From Azolla caroliniana (Eukaryota; Plantae; Polypodiophyta): a DNA stretch of 64,000 bases. Numbering within the stretch: position 1 is the stretch's first letter; the number at the start of each line of letters is the position of its first letter. The stretch is taken from assembly GCA_043228905.1 (NCBI GenBank), contig JBHGNT010000007.1, forward strand, positions 19,096,001-19,160,000, given 5' to 3'. This document shows, piece after piece, positions 48,347 through 58,748 of the stretch. A program made the translations under genes and the position numbers. The notes beneath the pieces were generated by a model. The model had not been told where the DNA came from and ran no database searches. It saw nothing but the letters and a program-made list of their open reading frames with translations.

Positions 48347-49983
48347 AAACTTGAGCATGGGAGTTGATTTTGATGATTTCACTACATGCGTCAATGTCGT
48401 AGATTTGAGCTCCATAGTGCCATTACAGAAGTTCCCATAATGGATACTTGTAGGCCCCACTATGTATGTAAAGGTCAACTTTTAACATAGAGTTTGATTC
48501 TTAAGCTTACAAAATGCCATTTTGAACAAAAGAACAAGGGAAGCCATTAAGAAGTAGCACCAATATTTCACTCTCCACTACTTTGTGAGACAGTAAACCG
48601 TAAAAATCAAATCCAATGTCTCGGCTTTGTTGGGGGTGGTTTTTGATATGCTTCAAATCACCGTGAAATTCTTCAATCGCAAAACCAATATGAAAATTCT
48701 TTACTAAAAAAATCTATAAGCAAAATACGAGGGTTTGCATCAGTGGAAATTGAATGAATGTAATGGTTGTGCAAAAAGAAAGACTAAAACAATCCTCAAT
48801 AAGTAGCGCGACATACTTGGATAAAACACATCAATAAGCTATTGTAACAAATACGATAGATATCTGACTACCTCATTAACTCTTAGAAACAAGACAAATG
48901 TGTGTCAAAGAGAAGAGATGGAGAAATATGGTAAACCTATCTACATTATCAACCACCATCAAGAGAGAGTTTATAAAATAACTTGGCATGTTCCATAATT
49001 AGAGAATCCCCAAAGTTTAACATGGAAAAGCTCACAAACCCCCATACCTTTTGAGTTCAAAGCACTCCAAATAAAGAAAGTACTTCACATTATTCAACTC
49101 AATTCAGCATGGTGCTAGGTCTATGAAATGCCTTGAATTAACAGATAATACTAATGTTCCACAATAACAAGATCCCTAAACATAGGTAAGACAATCCAAA
49201 CCTACTCACATTTCAGTTCATACACAAGAAAATAAAAATAGTAAAATAAGCTGGTGTTAGTAGGATTGGATTTGGCATCATTCTTAGCTAAATCCATTGG
49301 CCAAACCACACCTAAAAATATATATCATTTGCATCATGCTTGGGAAATCTACAAGAATTATGGTTGCCAATAGGAGATTCTGCAGATAAAAGCCTTCCTC
49401 CCTTCCTTCCTTCATTCATTCATCACTCTTTTATCTTCTCCTACTACTACTACATGATTAGAAAACCTAGAGAAATATGATATAAATGGACTAAGCTTTC
49501 GAGTCGGTGAGCAATGATCTGAAGGAAATCTCTCAATCGGTGAGAAATGAGCCCTGAGCAGAAGGAGATCTAGCAATGGGTGAGCTGTGATCAATGAGCT
49601 AAAGGAATGGTAATGTTTACAAACCAGTTAAGGATAAACGGTTTGTCCAAATCGGTTCCTAAACCAGCTTAGGCTTAACCGGTTTGACCAATGCGGATTA
49701 GCCTTACCGGTTTGGTTCAAGTTTGAAAACTTCCAAACCAGTTTTGGTTTGGACAATGCCAAACCGGTTAAGCCGAAATTGAACCGTCACCGATTCGCAA
49801 ATAAGACTAGGGCAAGGAAAGATTTAAAATCGTTTTTTAAAACACATTACATAAATTATATAGCCGGTTAAGAGAAAATATGAACATGGTAGACTCTGGA
49901 TTTTTGGAAAGTCCGGCCTGAAACACTTTCGGTTGTCCCACACATTGGCCGGCCAAAGTCCCAACCTAACATAACATGCTGCA

Positions 49984-50260
49984 TGACATTTTGTCGGCTT
50001 TTGTGCTAGGTACAATATGTATATCCTAGATGTCAAAGTGGATATTCTAGATGCTAGGTACAATATGTATATCCATGAATCAAGTGTGTCGCCACAAAAG
50101 CCGACAAAATGTCAAAGTGGATATTCTAGATACTAGGTACAATATGTATATCCATCAATCAAGTGTGGGTAGCCACAAAAGCCAACAAAATGTCAAAGTG
50201 GACATTCTAGATGCTAGCTACAATATGTATATCTATGAATCAAGAGTGTACTCACAAGAA
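49984..50260. repeat. About 80-bp tandem repeat (starts 50047, 50126, 50207) with an inverted 22-bp copy, just upstream of the aminotransferase ATG
   Basis: CTAGATGCTAGGTACAATATGTATATCC...CACAAAAGCCGACAAAATGTCAAAGTGG units. 49984-50005 is the exact reverse complement of 50093-50114. Confidence 0.9.
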
Positions 50261-50329
50261 TATGAACTGCTTGCTACTTGACCCCCATTGCATTAAAGAA
50301 ACACGACCACATCCACTTTACTACTCATC

Positions 50330-53300
50330 ATGCCTTCATTGCAAGGACTCCTCCATTCTGAACGACAAGGGTCTCCACGCCATTGTGACCCCCAATCTCC
50401 AAATGTTCCCTCCTCCGATGCCCACCAAGCTTTGGCTTCCTTGCTCCGCACGGGCTCTTGGTTCAAGCACGAAGACGGATCGGTGTGGCCCCCCTCGGGT
50501 TGGGGCGCCCACGAGAAGCTCGCATGGTTGAGATCTCAAGTCATTGGGCGTGATGCGCACGTGGACACGCCATTCGGCCGGCACAAGATGGTGTATGCCG
50601 ACCACACCGCAAGCGGGAAACCACTCCACTTCCTTGAGGATTTCATGTTGCGCAACGTCCTCCCGTTCTACGGTAATCAAATCGAAACGGGAGATCTCAT
50701 CATCACCATCATTAAGATCATGGGCTACATTCTAATCTAATCCTTGTTGGTTTCTTAATTTTGGGGCACTAGGGAACACCCACACCGAGGACAGCTACGT
50801 TGGCCGCGTGACGAGCCGGATGGTCCAAGAATCGGGGTCTTACGTCCGCGAGCAGTTGGGCGGGTCGGAGGCCGAGCATGTGTTGCTCTTCTGTGGATCC
50901 GGCGCCACCGCAGCCATCAAGCGGCTCCAGGAAGTAATTGGCATTGCTATATCCCCACTCCTCCGATCCCATGTCCTTCGAAGCTTGGAAGAAGAAGAAG
51001 AAAAGAGTGATTTTAGCAGTATCCAACGATGGGTTGTATTCACAGGCCCCTATGAGCACCACTCCAATCTCCTCTCCTGGCGACAGAGTTTGGCAGAGGT
51101 ACAATATATAAATTAGCTTAACTAGAGTGGTATACCATCAATATTAACTGCTAACTATAACGTAGTTAACCATATGTACCATATGTGTATTCACATTCCA
51201 GTATCTTTTGATCATTCGAATATGGTAAACACCCTCAATGTATGGTAAATATCATACTTTTGGATGCATTTTTTTATTATAAGGTAAAACTTTTTCTATA
51301 GGTAACAAAGTTAACGACATTGCAAATTTCACATTACTTTCTTAATAGCCATATGCTTTTTTTTCATAAATTCTAGTAATGAGGATCCAAAATGCTTAAT
51401 CTTCATAAATCTCGGTTGTCTGATTAGTTCATCATGCTAATCATATATATATATATATATACCGATATTGTCCTTCATAATGTTGATATGAATGCATACA
51501 TGGGTCAACTCCTAGTGAAGACATTAGTAACATGTGGGAGATGTAAACCATGCATACCAGATATCCACAAAGTTATCTTGTGAGAATCCTTTCACATGGA
51601 CCGTCATCATATCTGCATATATAGAGAACCAAGAAGGCCAATTTGCCCTTGACGCTTATCAATCTGTGATTGGCAATGGTGTTCAACCAACCCATTATAC
51701 ATTTGTTTCCCTCTTCAAAGCTTGTGCTACCATAGATTCACTTGAGGAAGGAAAGAAGATACATGAGCATGCTCACCGAAATGGTTATTGCTATGATGTT
51801 CACATGGGCTCTTCCATAGTTAATATGTATGTATAGGAAATGTTGAGATATATAGTTGAGGTAGCGAATGTGTTCTCTTCCTTGCCTCATCGGGATGTGG
51901 GTTACGTGGAACGTTATGCTCTACTTATATTAAACAAAACTAAGTGTCTAAGGCTTTGAAGCTCTACAAACAAATGCAAGAAGGATGTCGAGGCTGGATG
52001 GGAGAGGAAGGGAGCTTGGTATCATGCTGATGTGCACAAACTGATGGGGGGAGAAGATGTGCGCTATGTAGAACGTCGGCCCCTCTCTGAGCAAAAGAAA
52101 AGTAAAGAAGTAAATAAAAACAAAAGAACCCTAAACCCTAAACAATTCCGTAGGATGAAAGGGAAGTTGATTTGGCAATTTTCACAGCTATATTGTAAGG
52201 GGACGTTGTCCCAAGAGGAGATGGACTTACGTCATCTAGTTTTACAGTACTTAGAGAGGGTTTCCCTTGCACTATCACTATTTATGAAGTATCACTATTT
52301 ATGTAGTGAAGATAGCAAAGGGTTCTATTATCATCTTGTTTTAATAACAAACATTGATTTACGAAAAAAAAAGAATGTTTGGATAATATACACATTCTTT
52401 TGCAAACGTATGAAATGAACGTTTGGGCAGACGAATGTGTATATTACATACTATGGTTGAAGTTTTTGTAACCTAAAGGTCACATGGTTCTTCCCCTGAT
52501 TTGGGGTTTCCACCTAAAACTCTCATGTGTTTGGTTGCTATTTTTAATTGTTTCTTGTTGTATTAGCTATTACTTCTTGTAGCTTGCCCATCGGATCTTG
52601 TCATTGTTGGTGGACACTGGTTGTTTTGTTTGATGATTCGGACTCGGCGCATTTCAATATGTAGGTGATAGAGATCCCTGCTGATGGTGGCCAAGAAGGT
52701 AGGATCGATATGAAGGAGCTGGAGAATGCACTCCGGAGGTACTCCACCATGCACGGCCCTAAGAGGAAGCTTTTGGGCTCTTTCTCGGCATGCAGCAATG
52801 TGACGGGCCTCCTCACCGATACCCGAGCCGTGGCTCGCCTCCTTCACAAGTATGGTGCATTCGCCTGCTTCGATTTTGCGGCAGGGTAAATTTGACTGCC
52901 TACCATTGATACAATTCATGTTTTTTGTGTATTCGTTAAGCAGTAGAATGTTGTTTCCGGTTGGTTCATTAACCCCATGAATGCACCCCCATTGCATAGC
53001 TCCACACGAAGGGATCGACATGAAGTCGCGGCCTTCGGCATTGTCCGAAACGGAGGATGATGTGGGGTACTATGATGCTGTGGTGATGAGCCCGCACAAG
53101 ATGATGGGGGGGCCGGGGACACCGGGGCTGTTGCTCATGCGCCGCGCCCTCTATGGGCTGCAACAAACGGCGCCGTCTACGGCAGGAGGGGGCACGGTGT
53201 CGTACGTCAACGGCTTTGACGAAGAGGTAATAGTTAGTTGTGTGTGTGAACCACCCTTCCATCCATATGCTAGTAGTAGTAGTGGTGAAGCCAATATATG

Positions 53301-54203
53301 TGTGTGTGTGCGGTCCTTGTCGCTTCTAGTGTGTATGTCCCAAGTCAAACACCACATGCCCTTTGACTCACCACTCATCACTTACGTCTTTCATCATCAG
53401 GACACTTTGTACCACGACGATATCGAAGCGCGGGAGGATGCCGGCACCCCTCCGATTCTGGGGAAGATCCGGTGTGCCCTCACATTCTGGGTCAAAGAAT
53501 TCGTTGGAATTGACACCATCCAACAAGTCGAATCATTCTACATAAACCAAGCCATGCGGCAACTTTCCAATCATCCAAACATAAGAATATTAGGTGAAGC
53601 CCCAACACCAAGCATGCACAATCGGGCCTCTATCCTCTCATTTTATGTTCTCCCTCACAATTCCGAACCTTTACATGGTCGATTTGTGGTTCGACTTCTC
53701 AATGATTTGTTTGGAATTCAGTCTCGTGGGGGTTGTGCTTGTGCTGGACCATACGGACATTACTTGTTAGGCATTGATAAAGAGACATCTTTATTTATAC
53801 GGGCTGGGATAAAAAAGGTTTGTGTGCTTTTAGATATCTCGTGTTCCGGGTTAATATGGGGACTAACTTACCAACGATAATTTGGATAATTTATTTTTAG
53901 GGATATGAAGGGCTCAAACCTAGTTGGACGCGTGTAAGTTTTAGTTACAACATGTCAGAAGAGGAGGTGAACTATGTGATTTCATCAATCGAATGGGTAG
54001 CCAATTATGGCCACCATCTACTTTCGGCATACCTTTTTGATTGGAGAACAGGAAATTGGACATATAACTGTCCTCCGGACCTCATGTCTCTAATTTTGTG
54101 TAGTATTGATAGAAAGTTGAATGATCGCAATTTCTTACAAGCCCTCAAACTTACTAGAATGACATTGGAAGACATGTTAGCGAAACATGTAGTAACCTTA
54201 TGA
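50330..54203 (+). CDS. PLP-dependent class-V aminotransferase / cysteine desulfurase-like gene, about 612 aa; exons 50330-50672, 50773-51098, 52665-52885, 52998-53226, 53401-53817, 53901-54203; possibly a recent pseudogene
   Basis: Motifs YADHTASG, PFYGNTHT, GPYEHHSN, GSFSACSNVTG, FDFAA, SPHK (PLP Lys), GGGTV, REDAGTP, NDLFGIQSRGGCACAGPYGH. Four introns are GT-AG with consistent phases. Intron 3 needs a non-AG acceptor to stay in frame. Confidence 0.88.
51470..51990 (+). pseudogene. PLS-class PPR gene fragment nested in intron 2
   Basis: NPFTWTVIISAY...GVQPTHYTFVSLFKAC...LEEGKKIH...GSSIVNMY followed by a stop and frameshifts. Confidence 0.85.
52042..52570 (+). mobile_element. Possible old LTR remnant in intron 2
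   Basis: Purine tract GGGGGGAGAAGA followed by TGT, and a GGTTCTTCCC...GGGTTTCCAC motif resembling the U5 motif of other LTRs in this window. Confidence 0.35.
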
Positions 54204-54569
54204 CGAAGAGACGAAGACCAAAATTAAGTCAATAATCATTTATGAGATTTCCTCCATATCCTTGAGTACATACCCCAAAGTTTCCATTCTATCATATCAA
54301 TCTAACCTTAATTATTTTCGAGTTTTTTAAATATGAGCATGCAACTAAATGTAATTCAATTGATTAAGTCACTAAATGCCTCATATCTTGCAAGGCCACA
54401 ATGTATTCCTCATCACTTCTACACACAAACATTGGCAATATTTCAGCCACACCTTCATCCTCTTGAATACATCATATTTTCTATGTTTCTATGACAATAT
54501 AACACATGGGATCTTCTCTTTATGCCCTTAATGATAATGTTTTTTCATAAATCCAATTGTGAACTTTCT

Positions 54570-55385
54570 TTTTTCCAAAAAAAACACTACTTCACATTAG
54601 CTAGCAAATAGAATACAATAGAGTTTACCCAAATCCACAATGGGGTCAACATATACAACTTGGAGGAACAACTCCAAAACTATCAAACAAAAACAACAAA
54701 AAACTCAACCAATACTTAACTCAAACAAAACTGAAATAAACCCTATTTTACCCCGACTCCACAACTCTCAACTAGCTCTTTTCTAACAACATTATCCAGG
54801 TAAGATGATTATACTAACACACGCTTGTGTCAGCTATACATACATAATTACAACCCATGTACAATATTGGGAGCCATCGGTGGAAACAACCACCAAGGTG
54901 CCTGGTAATTCCACTTAGGCCTCAATGAAGATTTGACTAGCATGGGAGAGTTGCTCCATTTCGGTAAGAACTTTGACATTGCCCTTTTTGCTTCTTCTGA
55001 TTCCCCTTGAATCGAATCATACCGACTACGCAACCAAGCCACAAGATCAAACCAGATATTTAACATCATCTCCCCACATGGGAGCTTTTGTTGTTGAAAA
55101 ACAAACTTACAACGCCTTATCCAGATGTGCCAAGTCGTTAAACATGCCACCATAAGCCAAATCTCCTCGAAAAATTCAGAATTTGTACCTAGTCTCAACC
55201 CATCACATTGGAACACGCTACCACCCTGCACTATAAATCCATGTCCTTGTGGGTTTAACCGTTCACCCCAGTTGTCCCCTTTTAGGGACAGTCCTTGTAT
55301 TGAGCCCCACCTTGCACTATAAATCCATGTCCTTATGGGTTTAACCGTTCACCCTAGTTGTCCCCTTTTAGGGACAGTCCTTGAA
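54570..55385 (-). mobile_element. L1-type LINE 3' fragment with an ~86-bp duplication at its 5' breakpoint (55227-55383)
   Basis: WLMVACLTTWHIWIRRCKFVFQ matches the WxIWxxRNxxxF motif at the end of plant L1 ORF2. Confidence 0.7.
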
Positions 55386-57470
55386 TTGTGAACTTTTAAT
55401 CAATGATTGTAGAGAAACAATTTGATCCACAATATTAATGTGCGAATACACACTCAACATGTTCTTGTATTATAATCCATATGATTCTTTATATGGAATG
55501 AATTAATATTTTAGATAACCACTCACTCTTGTATAATTGGTACTTCAGTAGTGATCCATTTATTTGAGCAAATGCCATGAGCCAAGCACTTAGTTCTCAT
55601 AAATGTTTGAGAAAAGAACACACACACCTACTTAAATGTTAAGTAATCTAAACCTCAAAATTATCAAGGAAATTATGCTCATGATTTGAAGCTTTGCTTT
55701 TTTGCTCTTGGAGTACATAAGAATCACATGAAACCAAATGTTATCCACTAAATATTACTTTACATTATCCTTAAGATGTTATATTTTATATTGTAAACAC
55801 AGGTGCATGTGCTACTCAAGCAAGATAGTGAGGGCCTTGAACCGTGGAGGACGTAATGTTGTCGGCGAGGTTCTTATGACATTCGTGGGATCCTTCATGG
55901 GGTTGTTCTTCTGTAATTTCCCCTAGTGAGCATACCAATGGGTGCTCGTGCATTCAATGGGGGTGTAAACCCTCAAATAGGCACGTTGGCCTTCTAGAGA
56001 TACATGGGAGTTCTGGTGGAATTGTGTTGACATTCTAAAGGCATGCGGGTACTTCTTCTTCATCACCTTCTACAGGTTATTCACTAGAGTTCTTCTTGCT
56101 TGGAAAGGGGAGGAAGAGACAAAGAAAGAGGCATTCGAAGAGGAGGATATGAACAAATCAATGGAAATCCATGAATCCCTTTCAATTTCTCATGCACCCT
56201 TAGAATGAATGTGAGCCCCCTAAAATGTCCACGTGCCTCTAGAGGGTTGGTGCACCCATTGAGGGTCTCCACGTCCATTGAATGCACGAGCGCCCAATTA
56301 GTATACTCATTAGGGGAAATTACACGAGAACAACCCCACAAAGGGTCCCGAAAGACATGAAAGTTCAGACGCCTTTGTGAAAAGGAGAGGTGCATGGGCA
56401 CGAACATTCAGGGTGGTTTCACACTACGTGTCGAAAACATCACAACTCTAGTTCAAGTGCACGCATTTGATTTTCGGAGGTTGCTTGGAACAGCATGGAT
56501 TGCAGAGCAAAGAATGATAATGATATTTTTCTTGTGACAATAATGATGTTTCTCATATGAAGTGGAATTTGTCAAAAGACCAACTTATGAAAGGTTTCCA
56601 AATCATATCTCTTCCAACTAAATTCTCCTTAACTCGAGAATTAGTATACATGAAATATGTGAAAAAGCTTTAAAGTGGCTTATATGAAATCACATCTTAT
56701 TCTCATGTATAGTTTGGAGGGAAATTATCCATGGAAAAAGCATTTGAGGGTCACAATTTGTATGATTGTGCAATTTGGGTGTATGTGTTTGAGGAAGCAT
56801 TGGTCAAAACGTGGTTATCTACATATAAACCATATTGTTCACATATTCACGATTAAATTTGTTCTTTCTCTAGCTCAATATCTTTAAGTGCGTACCTATA
56901 TGTATGTTGAAAAGCATCACCAACTCTGGTCTTGTAGTCACATATTTTAGGAACCTATTTGTACAAGTTTATTGTGGGGGATAAGTGGCAAATATTTCTT
57001 GAATGAGTATGGATACATGCATGCACACATTTGTATGCTACATATGCTACATTTGTATGCTAAGAGTTCCTAGAATGTTATAGTCATTAACATACGAGTA
57101 TATAGGTCTTTTATATGCATAGACAAGGAATAGATAGCCAAACTCGCCAATAGATGCATGCTAGTCACAAGGATAGGCACAAATATGGCAAGAAAATGTA
57201 TACTAGACACAAATATATACATAAACACACACTAATAAAAAAAGGGGGGGAATTAGTTTGCATAGTATTATGTGCATTGTCTAATTATGATAAAGAGAGT
57301 TGGTAGTGTGTGGATGACATTATAGTACAATAGATCAAATGAAGATGTGTGCCTATGTAAAAGAGGAGGCAATTATACACCAAAGACCATACACTGTACT
57401 AAAATAGCCAAATAAACCAACATGGGCAAACTAGTCACAAACACACCCTAACCACGAAGTGTGTGTGTTC

Positions 57471-57476
<6 letters not shown>

Positions 57477-57540
<64 letters not shown>
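57477..57540. repeat. (TG)32 microsatellite
   Basis: Directly visible. Confidence 0.95.
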
Positions 57541-57542
<2 letters not shown>

Positions 57543-57543
<1 letters not shown>

Positions 57544-57835
57544 GATAGATGGATAGAATCTTTTATCATCTTCGGATGTCAAATATGACCTATGAGTCTA
57601 CCAGTAATATTACATTACACGTTATACATGTGAAAGTCAGTAATGTTGTGTGTATGGGAGGGGATAGAATTGTACACTAATGAGCTTAAGCTATATTAAG
57701 CCAAGTGGGGGATAATTACACAATGACGAAGCTAGAGAAAATCACTAGATGCCATTATGGAATGTAGGGGTTGAACCCATGACTTCTTGGTCTCCATTGG
57801 GCAACCTTACATTCCCAAAGCAATTATAGCCATGT
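57543..57835 (-). mobile_element. Putative tRNA-derived SINE with a LINE-derived 3' tail
   Basis: Degenerate A box TGGCTATAATTG and B box GGTTCAACCCC. The last ~100 nt match the 3' end of the 12170-25105 LINE, including the CTAT tail. Confidence 0.7.
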
Positions 57836-57959
57836 GTCATTGATGTGATGCGATCGTTGCCGCTAGCTTCATTGTGATCTGGCACAGAGCTAGAGTGTGA
57901 TGCAACCACACCATTATATAATTAATGATAGATATTCTAAGTTTACTAACAAACTTTGG

Positions 57960-58705
57960 GCTTGAGTCTTTAAAAAACGAGAAACTACGCCAAACATAAC
58001 TTGAATCATATGTTCATCACCCTCAATCAAATGAAAAAACCAAACAAGCCAAGTAAATGGGAACAAGATTTTCCTATGCTTGATTTTGCTTACACTAACT
58101 TTAAATATACATCAACTGGATATAGTCCTTTTATGTTGATGTATAGTTTTCAGCCACATGTAAATATTCATTGTGCTCAGTTAGAGACGACACAAAACTT
58201 CCTCATGAATATGCAATATATGTTATTTTCTACATGAGAAAATATTAAAATGACTTGAGATAGAGCATGTCTTTATGTTAACCATAATAAGTAACTTCAT
58301 GACATATTCAAGCATGGGTAGAAGGTATTTTTACGTGTGCCTAGTAATTGAATAGTTTTTATTTATGGGCATGGGTACTAAACTAAGCTCGTTGTTATTA
58401 TGGACCTTTTATTGTCCTTAGATGTATAAGTTCATTAGTCTATCAACTTGATCTTCTACAAGGTGACAAAGTTAACCCTATAATTAATGTAAGTCGTTTA
58501 AAATAACTCTTGGGTTCTTGTGATAACATGATCACCATTCAAGAACTAGAAAAAAAATTCACTACAAGAACCAAAAATTTACACTGTAAACAATCTTTTG
58601 AATTCAAAATTAACTGGATGGATAAAACTTTGGGGGAGAGCTTGATACTCTCAAACCAAAATTTCTTGAATTCTGGTTGCGAGAGTTCAATATCTTGAAG
58701 ATGGG
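57960..58705 (+). mobile_element. Highly degraded Ty3/gypsy integrase C-terminal remnant
   Basis: WEQDFPMLDFAY...STGYSPFMLMY, YYGPF (GPY/F-like), YQLDL and NVSRLK motifs. Confidence 0.7.
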
Positions 58706-58748
58706 ATTATGTTATGGACATAGCTTTAGGTCAAAGTGTGAAAGCTAA

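Noticed and set aside
49620-49970. hAT-like right end (AACCG-rich subterminal repeats ending ...CCAACCTA)
   Set aside because: No matching left TIR or TSD was found, so it was not called as an element.
52981-53880. 299-aa ORF as a standalone gene
   Set aside because: It is exons 4-5 of the aminotransferase gene read through in-frame intron 4.
55830-56480. GC-richer island with short ORFs
   Set aside because: No recognisable motif, repeat structure or boundaries.
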